64,000 bases of DNA, from contig JAPMXV010000023.1 in the NCBI GenBank assembly GCA_026936335.1, positions 124,001-188,000 on the forward strand, given 5' to 3'. Made by a program: the position numbers and the translations under genes. Numbering within the stretch: position 1 is the first letter of the stretch; every line of letters begins with the position of its first letter. The notes under the pieces were generated by a model. It ran no database searches. It was not told the origin of the DNA and worked only from the letters and a program-made list of their open reading frames with translations. Of this stretch, positions 12,032 to 23,132 are shown one piece after another. Source of the stretch: Mantamonas sphyraenae STR306. Its lineage: Eukaryota > Protista > CRuMs.

Positions 12032-12711
12032 ATGTCGCAGTCTGTGAAAGGTAGGCACATGGGAAGAGAATACATTAAGAAGGAAAGAGAGGGATGGAGA
12101 TGAAATACACATGCACATCTTGTTGCGGGCGTGTGCGTGTGTGTAGGAAGCACGGGGGAGGGGACTGACGCCCGGGCTGATCAAAATCTCTCTGGAACCC
12201 AGTGCCCCGCAACTTTGTCCTGCTTGAGGAGCTGGACGAGGGAACCAAGAGCTCGGGCGAGTTCTCCTACGGTCTGGACGACCAGGACGACACCAAGTTG
12301 TACAACTGGAACGGTTCGATCATCGGCCCTAGCAACGTGAGTGGGCGAAGGAGGCGGAGAAAGCGGGAGGGAAATTCGCCCAGGAAATCGGCGCAGTTCC
12401 GAGGGCGCCGCAGACGGAGCACTGACCCGCAGACACACACACAGACGGCGTTTGACAACCGTATCTACACACTGAACATCTTTTGCTCGGACAACTACCC
12501 GGAGGAGCCGCCCACGGTGACGTTTGTGACCAAGGTGAACATGAACTGCGTCAACTCGGACGGCAGCATCAACACCAAGAAGTTCAAGCTGCTGGGCAAC
12601 GACTGGACCGGTGACAAGCGCATGTTTGACGTGCTCAAGGGTCTTCGCGACGAGATGGCCTCTTCCAGCAACCGCAACCTGAGCCAACCTGACGAGTTTG
12701 AGACCTACTGA
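12032..12711 (+). CDS. MMS2: Ubiquitin-conjugating enzyme variant UEV1/MMS2; exons 12032-12050, 12203-12336, 12445-12711
   Basis: VPRNFVLLEELDEG, SYGL, WNGSIIGP, NRIYTL, FVTKVNMNCV; introns in phase. Confidence 0.92.
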
Positions 12712-12774
12712 TGAAAGTGACGATTTTGGCATCCATATGCATCCACTCCATTTGCTGGTTCATCGAGCCCACCC

Positions 12775-15260
12775 TCATCGCTTGCCACCGTGGTGCTTGC
12801 GCTTGCTGTGGTGCTTCTTCTTGTCCACCGTGCTGTCGTGGAAGATGCTCTCCTTCTTGGCCTGGACCACCTCGTCGTCCGTCAGGTCTTTCCTCTTGGC
12901 CGAGCTGCCCGACTTGGAGCTGGAGCTTGTGCTGCTTGCGCCTGCGCTGCTGCTGCTGTTGGAGCTGCTGTTGGAGCTGGAGCTGATCTTTGTGCTTCCC
13001 GCCTCCTCGTCGTCTTCACCACTCTGTGTGGTCGACACAATCATCTTGCCCTTGCCCTTGCCGCTCTTGTCGGCAACGAGGGAGTGTGTGAACACAGCCT
13101 TGTCGCCCGTGCCCACGGCGCTGATGACGCCGATGCCTCGCGTGCGACCCTCGCAAAACACAATCTTCTCGCCGACCTTGAGGAACTCGGGACGGTTGGT
13201 GAAGCGGAACTTGACACGTGTCTTGTCACCCGTGCGCAGGTACTCCTTGTCCATGCCCACAATGGAGGCAGCCTGGCGTACTGTGGCGCTGTGCACGACG
13301 GGCTGGTAGTTCAGGCGGATGGTGGTACTGTGGTGGAGAATGAGCACATCCGCCTCAAAGTCCATCGCACTCTGGATCTCCTCGTGGCCTACACCCAGCA
13401 TGACCATACCGCGGCGGATGCTACTGCGCTTGATGCGCTTCAGCGCAAAGCAGCACGACTGCCCCGCCGTCACCTGCTTCACCGCCATGCGCTGGTAATG
13501 GATGCTCTTGACGCTGGCCTTGACAAACTCGCCCGTGCCCGTGGGTCCCAACCACAGCGTGTCGTTGCTCTTCACCACACCCTGTGTCAGGATGCCCGAC
13601 ACCACCGTGCCCACACCGGTCACGTAAAAGTCGTCCGTGATGTAAAACTCGGCGGGCTTCTTGGCACGAGCGTCCCACTCGCGCCGTGCAGGCACGAGGT
13701 TGAGGAAGGAACGGACCAGGTCCAGGTTCTCACCCGTGACGTTGGACACCAGAAAGATGGGCACCACGCGGTTGTTGCAAATCTCCTTGGCGTACTTGAT
13801 GACATCATCCTCGTTCTTGACAATCACGGGCATCTTCTTGTCCGCTCCGGGCGACTTGAGGATGCGCACCAGCGTCTTGAGGTTGTCCTTGAACACGTGC
13901 TTGGGACAGATGTCAATCTTGGTCACCACGCACATCACCGGAATCTTCATCGCCAGCGCAATGCCCAGGTGCTCCTTTGTCATGCGCGTGATCCCATTGT
14001 TGGCTGCCATCATCAGCATGCAATAGTCCGGGATGTGGCCCGTCAGACCAGAGATGGTCGTCTTCAGATAGCGCTTGTGACCTGCCAGATCGATGAACGA
14101 CAGCACCTTTGCACTGTTGGCCACAATCTCGCTCCACGAGTAGTTGTGCAGCTGCGAGTAGTTGGTGACCTCGCCCTGGTTGTCAAACCCCAGGATTTGG
14201 TGGCTGATGGAACTCGTGCGGCCAGTCTCAATCTCGTGCGGGTGGTTAAACACCTGCGAGCGCGCCAGACCACGGCCGTTGTCCAGCTTGCCGCCCACAA
14301 GCACACCAATCAGTGTGCTCTTGCCACTGTCGACGTTACCTGCCACGGCAATGCGCAGATCCACACACGACTCGCCTGCAGCCGGGATGCGACGCACCAG
14401 ACACACGGCACTCTGGCCAGAATCGCCCTCACGACGCTTGACCACCTGCACGCCGGCACCCAGCTCAGCAGCCATGGCACGCAGCGTCTCCAGGCTGGAC
14501 TCCAACTCGTCTGCATCCAGGCCCTTCACGTGGCCGTCATCCTCCACGCCAATCTCGTAAATGGCCTCGCCCGATCCTTCCGCCAGTCGGAAGTTCATCT
14601 GCGTCACCAGACGCTCGAATCGAGCCTTGGAAGGCTTCAGGAACAGTTTGTACTCGGTGTTGCCCTCGTCGTCCTCTGCGCCCAGCTCGCTCACGTCATC
14701 CATCATGATGGAGTCTGTACGGAGTTGATGGGTTGGCCAGTGCGTTTCCGCAGAGGTAGCCCAACGCGGAGAGTGTGAAGGGTGTCAGGAGGTGCGGTGC
14801 AGGAGGAAAAGGCAGGAGGAAAGGCCCGGATTTTGAGAGGGAAGTTTCAGTTCTGTACGGGCTCCTGGGCGCCACAATGGCCTCAATGGCACTTGGTGTG
14901 CAACATACCTGGGATTTCAATCTCCACGTCATCGTCTGCCTCGTCGCCCGCGGCAAACTGGTCATCTTCGTCGTCGGAGGCGCGCTGCTCCTGCTGCTTG
15001 CTCTGGAACCTGCTGCTGCTGCTGCTGCTGCTGCTCTGGCTCTCGCTGCTGCTGCTGCTGCTGCTTGTTCCGGCCGAGCTCATGATCGTTGTTGTCTCAT
15101 CCTCCACCTGCTTGCCCTGCTTGGTGTTTGTGGAGCTGTTGTTGTCCTCGTTGCTGGTGGTTGTGTGCACGGTTGTGCTGCTGTTGTCGCTGTTGTTCAG
15201 CACAAGCTCGTCCACTGCATCCATGCTCGTGTTTCCAGAAAAGCCGTTGTCGTCTGCCAT
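12775..15260 (-). CDS. GTPBP2: Translational GTPase GTPBP2 (GTPBP1/2 family); intron 14715-14908
   Basis: EGNTEYKL, LVTQMNFRLAEGSGEAIYEIGVEDDG, GNVDSGKST, HEIETGRTSS, DLAGH, TKID; low-complexity first exon joins in phase. Confidence 0.88.
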
Positions 15261-15951
15261 CTAAACTCACACGTGGACGACGAATAAATTAAAACAAAAA
15301 TTGGAGTGTGTGAGAAGCGGGGGACGGTTCGGCTTGCTCTCGCGCTCGCAAACTCACGTGGCTCAGCACAAGTACACTCTGGTTGTTCATCGTGGGTGGT
15401 CGTTTGTTTGCTGTGTTTGGTACATGTGCAAGGGGCAGCGTGAGTTGTGTGCTCGAGGCATTCTGTGACTGGTGTGCAGTTGTGGCCTCGTTCCCATTTC
15501 CGTGGAAATCGAAACTCGGATTTCGGCAAAGAGCAATTTTCTGATGACGGTGGCGCCCACGTCTACCCGCTTCACACGGCCCCGGACACTCGCATGCGTT
15601 CTTGCGTCCATGGATGAGGCCTGGGGACAACGTTGCGAGATGCATGCATGCAGTGGGAGGCCACAGAAGCAGCCAGAAGGCAGTGTTTTGTGCAAACGCA
15701 GTGGCGGCGGAAAGAAGCGTACCTTCAAAAAGAGTTGTTGATTCAATCACAGAACTATCCTCAGGATCATACACAATGTGGGTGGGTCTTCACGATGGGT
15801 TGGTTGTTGTGAGATTTACGGGAAGAATCACCAAGGAGATGCGATTGGTTGCGAATCAGGTTGGGTGGACCTGGGCGGTCGTGGCATCGAGGTTTTGAAG
15901 TGCACACAAAGGCAAATCGTTTAATCTACAACAACGACGCTGTTCGATGCT

Positions 15952-17463
15952 TCACAAAGTCTCAGGAAGGGCATATTGTCCGAATGGGAGGTGGAACCTG
16001 GCTACCCAATCGACCACTCGTTCCATCACCTCATCCGGGAGTGTGCTCCACAGTGCCTGGGGCACATATTCTTCCATGCCACCAGCTTCGAACATCACAT
16101 CACGCTCTTCAATGTTCATGGTGAGTGCGGTTTCGACAGCAAGGTCAAGCGACGGCGGATTCGCTCCGTGCCACGCACGCCACGGCGTATCTTCCTTGGA
16201 CGCCACAGCCCACACTATCCGCTCCATGTGCTCGTATGCACTTGGCACCCCAAGGTTTGCCCGTGCACCACGATCAAGCAGCAACTGGGCCACATCTGGA
16301 TGTTGTGCACCAGCCACAACCATCGCCAATGCTGTCGAAATCTTGGCCGATTGCACATGACCATGCACACGTGTGCTCCGGTTGCTTTGATACTTGATTT
16401 CGCTGGTGTCTACCAGCGCATCCGGCGATGTGCCCTGATCCAACAACTCGCGCACCTCTTCCAGCCTGCCGTCATCACAAGCAAACCGCATCCTGCTCCA
16501 ATTCTCCATCATTTGTGTTTGCCTGTCAGAGAGATACTGCAGCTGCAGCGTTCGGCCAACGAGGAGCAGATCGGGCCTGATTTCTTGCAGCCTGCTCTCC
16601 ACATCTCTCGTGGTGCCTGCGATGTCCCCAAACATCGTGAGGGCGAACCCTGCCAAGACCAACAGTCCAGTGTTGCCAATGCAAAGCTCCAGAAACGCTG
16701 CCATGCCTTCGGCGCTCGCGTGGCTCCGCAGAATGCTCAGTTCCCGCAGTTCATCATTGGTGTGCAGTGCACGACCCAGCGCCTGCAACCCATCGTCTGA
16801 AAACTTGTTCCAGTCCAACTCCAACATTTGCAGTTTGTCATTCGTGGCCAACGCCTTGCTGAGGAGCACCAAATCGTCGTCTTGCAAACCACACGAACGC
16901 AGCTGCAAGTGACAAAGGAGACACTCCGGGTCTCCGAGTGCAGCTGCCACTGCCACAACAACCTCTTTGGCCATGTCCTTGCACTCCAAGCTGATGCTGT
17001 TGAGAGTGCGCAGCTCGCCTTTTCCCACCGCCGCAAACAGCTCCACCAGCGCCTCAGTCGTCACACGAGCAGAGATGGCGAGCTTGCGCAGGTTGCACGT
17101 CCCATCTCGCATTCCTTGGCACAGCACAGACAAGCCCCGTTCCCCATCCAACCGGCTTTGCGCCGAAAACGTGAACGTGAACACAAACGGGTTTTCGGAA
17201 ATGGCCTCGGCAACGTCGTTGAAGATGGCTCGCACCGTGTTCTGGCCCTTTGCCACCATGAACACATCCAATTCGTTCAAACGAAGACCATTTTTCAGTG
17301 CAACACTCATTGTGCGTGCGAGCAACCCACTGATGCGCAAACTCCTGCATCCCGACGCCTCCACCTGCCTCCTCACCTCCTCCTCGTCCTGCGAGCTCAG
17401 AGCGTCCGATATTCCACGCATGGAATCTCTCAAACGGTCGAGTTTGGCAGCGAGACTCCCCAT
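15952..17463 (-). CDS. RI-like leucine-rich repeat + ankyrin-like protein with C-terminal F-box-like motif, paralogue B (start uncertain)
   Basis: LCHLQLRSCGLQDDDLVLLSKALATNDKLQMLEL; TALAMVVAGAQHPDVAQLLLDRGA; C-terminal ~45 aa nearly identical to paralogue A. Confidence 0.75.
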   Translation of the reverse strand: MGSLAAKLDRLRDSMRGISDALSSQDEEEVRRQVEASGCRSLRISGLLARTMSVALKNGLRLNELDVFMVAKGQNTVRAIFNDVAEAISENPFVFTFTFSAQSRLDGERGLSVLCQGMRDGTCNLRKLAISARVTTEALVELFAAVGKGELRTLNSISLECKDMAKEVVVAVAAALGDPECLLCHLQLRSCGLQDDDLVLLSKALATNDKLQMLELDWNKFSDDGLQALGRALHTNDELRELSILRSHASAEGMAAFLELCIGNTGLLVLAGFALTMFGDIAGTTRDVESRLQEIRPDLLLVGRTLQLQYLSDRQTQMMENWSRMRFACDDGRLEEVRELLDQGTSPDALVDTSEIKYQSNRSTRVHGHVQSAKISTALAMVVAGAQHPDVAQLLLDRGARANLGVPSAYEHMERIVWAVASKEDTPWRAWHGANPPSLDLAVETALTMNIEERDVMFEAGGMEEYVPQALWSTLPDEVMERVVDWVARFHLPFGQYALPETL

Positions 17464-17553
17464 TGCGAGCGTTGCGGTTTCCGACTCGCCTTCCACCGAC
17501 AACGTTGGATTGGCTGGTGCAGTTGCCTCGCTGAACTGATTCCCCACACATTA

Positions 17554-19132
17554 GTTTGGCCTGTTTTGCGCACGTGCTCGCTGTGGCTTCCATTTTCTTC
17601 TGAACCGGGTGTGTGTGTTGTGCTCCTCCTGCCTCTCGGGTCTCCTTGCAGGATTACACACTCCACACTCATGGAAATCAATTGCCCACACCCACACACG
17701 CACTCATTGCCTCTCCTCCACAACGCCTGAATAACGAGTTGACACGAGTTGATATCGAGTAATCACTGCGCCCTTGCGACAGCCTCGCCGCCTTCCAGCA
17801 GCGCTCCGTCTTCCCTTGGGTCAAACACAAGGGCACTACGACGCAGTGCACACCAAGCTCCGTGGCACAACAAGCCTCCCGCCCTTCCACCATCTCCTTA
17901 GTAGATCTGGAAGCTGGGGCCCATCGTGCTCTTGATGTACAGCGAACCCACGTTCTGCCACTGCTTCTTCAGCAGAGACACAAGGAAGTTCACAGCCTTG
18001 ACGATGTTGCGCACAAGCTGGTCCTCCGTCATGTTCAGGTGGCCAATGCACACTCCCAGACACAGCTTCTTCAGCTTGAACTGCACCTGAGCGCTCACCT
18101 CGGCGATCTTCTCCTCCAGGTCGTCGTTGTTGCCCAGCACAGTGGGGAACTTGCCTGCCTTGGTCAGGTACGATCCCATGCTCTTCGACACGTTACGGAT
18201 CATCGTGCTCGACGCAAGGAAGTAATCGTACTTGCGCACAATCTTCTTGATCGGCTTCTTCTGCTTGAACACACCCTTCACCTCGTCGGCGTTCATCGTG
18301 TCGTAGCCCAGAGCCTTGGCAGCGTCGCAAGCCTTGACGTCACCAAAGATCAGAACCTTGGGGCGCGGGCGCGGCTGGTGCGGCACAGACACCTTGCCCG
18401 AGAAACGCTTGTCGCGCGCAATGTCGTAGTTCTTCAGGCCAACCTGCAGCTCAACAGACTCCAGGCTGCAATGTGTCGTGTCCATCCACGCGTTTGTCAG
18501 CATGTCTCATCCCTTGTGTCCCCTTGCACTTTCCATTTCTCTCTGTGTGTGCCCCTCAAAAGCACAGCCACTTGCAAAAGTCGACCCGCATCGCATGCAA
18601 AAAACTCACAAGTTGCGCTTCTTCTCCGGGTTCAGCACCTCACGGATCGAGCTTCGCAGCACTTCAGACGAGATCTTGGACACTGAACACACACACGCAC
18701 ACACGCACACACACACACATTGCTTTCCGTGTCAGTGTTCTCTTCCGGCGTCCCTTGCGGCGGGCATTTTCGACCCAGCCGCCCTCTTTCCCAGAACGGA
18801 CTGACCGCCTGTACACACGAGTCGACACTGCACACACACACACACACATACAAACGGATACCAGCTCCGTCACGTGCATGCCCATGGTGCGCACAGGTCC
18901 ATTGTCCTCTCATTGCACCGATACGTGCGCCTGCAACTTACTTTCTCTGTGGTTTTGTGTTTGGGATGGGTCGGTCGGAGCCAGCGATGCCACACCCAGA
19001 CCAACAAGCACCTGCGTCACCCCCCCCACCCTCCTTTGAACCCATCCCAACACCAAACACACACACGCAATGGAGCTCAATCTGGCAGTGGACGACAGCC
19101 AGGGCAGCAGTGGCAAGGGCAAATCCCAGTCG
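17554..19132 (-). repeat. Inverted repeat 1, right arm
   Basis: Reverse complement of 8961-10540; continues into the intact DDX31 gene. Confidence 0.95.
17898..18942 (-). CDS. RPL10A: 60S ribosomal protein uL1 (L10a), copy B
   Basis: Same protein as copy A (one synonymous CTG/CTT difference noted); same split start codon and intron layout. Confidence 0.92.
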
Positions 19133-21860
19133 TCGCGTGACAAGTGGATGCAGAAGCATAGGAAACGGCAAGGTCGGACAAAGATGCTGGAAAAACGAAA
19201 GAAAAAACGAGAGGAACGGGCAGCACGGGCGCCACGCAAACCCAAGGCCCAGGAAAAGCCAAAGGGGCCAAAGCCCGAACGGAAATCCGCGGTGACTACA
19301 ACACGGCCTGGCAAACCCGACGCCGGGGTGTTCAACGCCAACGTGAATGTGGAAATAGGCACACGTGCGCCGTTGGCTGACCAGAGCGCATCGTGGAAGC
19401 AAGAGGTGGCAAACAAGCAGCAGGCGGCACGCCAACGTGTGCGTGCAGCTCGGCCGAGCTCGGGAAATGCAGACGAGACGTCCGGCGGCGGCAACAGCAA
19501 GCGAGGCAGCAAGAAGAAGCCCAAGCAGAAGAAGAAGGGCGACCGACCGGTAAGTGGATGGATGGGAGGGAGCAAACAAGGCCAATCAGCGATACTGACG
19601 CGTACCATGCCCCTGCCACAAAAAGATGGCTGTGCTGAAAGAGCCAATCCCGAGCACAGTGGAATCTGCGCCTCCGGTGTCCGTCTACTCTGCACACGCC
19701 CTGCTGCAACAGCAGGTGGAACACACATCGCATCTGCAACAGGCCAGCAGGCGACACAACACCACAGACAATCGTCATGGCAACAACACGACCACAACCA
19801 GCACCACAACGTCGACATCCACAAAACCCACCACTGCACCCAAGGCACGCGGTGTACAGACCAGCGACAGTGCATTTGGCCAATTGGGATTGGATGCGGC
19901 TGTGTGTGAGGCGGTGGAAGAGTATCTGGGACATTCCGAGCCGACGGAGATCCAACGCAAGGCAATCCCGGAGATGTTGGCGGGCAAGGATGTGGTCATC
20001 CGTGCACGCACGGGTTCGGGCAAGACGCTAGCATTCCTGCTGCCTGTGTTCCACGTGCTGAGCACCATGGAGCCGCGGCTGACGCGTGCGGCGGGTACAA
20101 AGGCGCTGATCTTGACACCGACACGCGAACTGGCCATCCAGATTTTCGACCAGTGTCAAAAGCTGGTGCGCCGGTTCCACTGGCTGGTGCCGGGGTACAT
20201 TATTGGGGGCGAAAAGATGAAGAGCGAAAAGGCACGTCTGCGCAAGGGGGTCAATGTGCTGGTGGCCACGCCCGGCCGTTTGTTGGATCATCTGCAGCAC
20301 ACAAAGAGCTTCTACGTCCACGACCTGAGTATGCTGGTGTTGGACGAGGCCGACCGATTGTTGGACATGGGGTTTGAGCGCACGCTGTTGGACATCACCC
20401 AGCTGTTGCCCAGGCCCACCACCCGCCAGAATGTCCTGTGTTCTGCCACTGCCACAGAGAAGCTGGAGAAGCTCCAGCACTTTTCCTTGCGCCAGAACTA
20501 TGCCCGGGTCGGCTTTGACAACCTGGGCAAGGACGGCCGCGAGGAAGAGGCTGAGGAGGAGAAACAGGTGGTGGACATGGAGGACGACGAGGTGGAGGCA
20601 GGGCACACGGAGGCATCCTCCTCCTCCTCCTCCACTATGTCTTCCGACAACGGCGCACAGAAGAAGGCCGGGAAGAAGCTGGCAGGCGACGGGATGGAAT
20701 TGGAGCAGTTTGCAGTGCCCGCCGAATTGAAACAGTACGTGGTGGAGGTACCAGGACGCCTGCGGCTGGCTTCGCTGATTGGCTTCATGCGACACACGGA
20801 AAAGAATTATGGGGAAAAGTGCAAAATGATTGTGTTTCTGAGCAGCCGCGACTCGGTGGACTTTCTGCACATGCTGCTGACGCGTGTGACGGACATGTCG
20901 TCTGCACTGCTGCGTGCCAAACTGGACCTGGATGCCCTCGACGCAGACATGGATCTGGGTGCGCTGAGCGACGACATGCAGGCGCTTGCACGCGGCGATT
21001 TGCCGCCGCTGGTGAGCATGCAAGTGTTTCGCCTGCACGGTGCAATGGGCCAGGCCGAACGCACTGCCTCCTTTGTCGGGTATGCACAAAGCAAGGCGTC
21101 GGTGCTGCTGTGCACCGACGTCGCCGCACGCGGTCTGGACTTGCCCTTTGTGAACTGGATTGTGCAGTACGACCCGCCGGGAGATGTGGCGTCGTATCTG
21201 CATCGCATCGGACGCACAGCACGTGCAGGCCGGTCGGGCAACGCAATGCTCTTCCTCATGCCCTCTGAAATGGAGTTTGGCACCATGCTTAAGGAGCAAT
21301 CGCACATGCAGATGAAGGTGGTGGAACACGACGAATGGCTCCCTGCCCTCGCCAGCGACGGCTCCCTCGACGCCGACGAGGCCGTGTCCAAGTTTAATCA
21401 CCATCTGCAAACAGCCACATCCAGCGACAAGGAGCTGCATCGACACGCCATGTCCGCCTTTCAGGCCTACGTACGTGCGTACGCCACCTATCCCAAGAGT
21501 GTCAAGCACATTTTCCATCCGCGACGTCTGCATACGGGCCATCTGGCAAAGGCGTTTGCCCTGTGGGATGCCCCATCGACCGTGGGCACCAAGAAGCGCA
21601 AGTATGACGACAGCAAGGAGGACGGTGACGATGGCAAGGGCAAGAACACGAGCAAATCCAAGGTCAAGTTTGCAGGCACACGCATCGCCTTTGACAGCAA
21701 GGGCAAGGCCAGGAAATTGGACAAGTGGCAGCCCAAGATGCTCATGGCAGGCGGAGTGCCCATGCGGGCAGGCCAGCGAGGTGATGCTGACGACGATGAC
21801 GACAGCAGCGACGACGAGGACAACCACCACCGCAAACGGCAGAGGAAAAGCAAGCGATGA
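19070..21860 (+). CDS. DDX31: DEAD-box RNA helicase DDX31/DBP7; intron 19550-19625
   Basis: Q motif PTEIQ, TGSGKT, PTRELA, GGEKMKSEKARLRKG, DEAD, SAT, TDVAARGLD, HRIGRTAR, HTGHLAKAFAL. Confidence 0.9.
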
Positions 21861-21899
21861 CGGTGAACGTGAACGATGTGGGACAATAGGGTGGGAAGG

Positions 21900-23059
21900 G
21901 AATACATGTATTTTGTGAGCTGTGGTGACAGTGTGCAACCAACATCATCACTCGCTCAGGGCAATCTCCCGAAACTCCCTGCGCATGGCCACCACAAAGT
22001 GTGAAAAGTTGTTGCTCTTGTTCAGCTCCTTGGCCATGCTGCTCAACTTGCGTCCCCCAATGCCCGGTGAGCACTCGTCCACGTAGTACTGGTCGTCAAT
22101 GTCCACGTGCACCGTGAACAAGAACTGCCGCTCCGCATCCTTCGGATCCACATGAGTAAACACAAAGCGCAGATAATCCTGCTGCAGCACCTCAAACGAC
22201 AGCTTCAGCCTGTCCTCGTAGAAGAACAGACCCTCCTGCGCGTCCTTGACCCGTGTGTCCAGCTCACTCTTTGCTTGTTCCACCTCTGTGTGTGTGTGAC
22301 CCCGTGTGGTGTGGTTCGTACACGACACTTGTTGTGTCAGTCCACCCATCCATGGATCTCTCTCTCTCCCTCTCTCTGTGGGGTCATCACGGGTCTCACT
22401 CTGGTCTTTGCTGTGCCTCCAAGCCTGTGGATCCGACACCCACTCCACCCCTCCTCCCACACGTTCCCACATGCCTCCCCTCATCCTTATCCCACATGCA
22501 AACCCGTTCCACACTCCATACACACCCCTTCCCTCCCGCCTCTGTCACCCTCGCCCTCTCCATCCCAAAAATCCGTCAAACGCCCGCCATCTCCGTCTCC
22601 CGCCAAACGGTCACCCGTCACACACACCCCCTGCCCCCGCTCCCTCTCTCCACATCCATCCACACCCATACTGCAACTCACCCTTGGTCTTCTTCTCCAC
22701 CCCCTTCTTCTCCTCGTGCACCTTCATCTTCATCGCCGTGCACTCTTCCGTCGCCGTCTTCTTGTCAGCCTGCGCCTGCTCGATCTGCTGCTGACACGCG
22801 TCGATCTCCTCGTTCTCCTGCTGCAACTGGTTCTGCACCTGCTGTGCCAGACTCTCCAACTGGCTGTGTTGCTTCTCCATGGCTCGAAGTGACTGCTGGC
22901 CGTCCTCCATGTACATGGTGTGCGCCTCCACGGTCTGCTGAACCTCGTCCAGCTTGGCATCGGCCCAGGTGTCAAACTGCTCCTGAAAGTCAGACACACG
23001 TGTCTGAAACGACTGCATGTGGTTGATGTGCTGGCGAGCAAGCGATACACTCATGGTTG
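21900..23059 (-). repeat. Inverted repeat 2, left arm (SPC25 gene)
   Basis: Reverse complement of 25055-~26225; exons near identical, intron with indels; outer edge decays gradually. Confidence 0.93.
21948..23054 (-). CDS. SPC25: Kinetochore NDC80-complex subunit Spc25, copy A (one ~400 nt intron)
   Basis: N-terminal coiled coil then FYEDRLKLSF...LRFVFTHVDPKDAERQFLFTV...YYVDECSP...LNKSNNFSHFVVAMRREF. Confidence 0.85.
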
Positions 23060-23132
23060 GTGGTGCAATGATGTGTGTGATTTGATTTTGATCTGCCAGC
23101 GCACTCCCTTCTCCCTGTGCTTCATCTGTGCT

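Noticed and set aside
15470-15600. Hairpin followed by an Sm-site-like AATTTTCTG (15535-15543) in the largest intergenic gap
   Set aside because: No recognisable U1/U2/U4/U5 5' motifs or clear spliced-leader donor; too short to call without an Infernal/Rfam search
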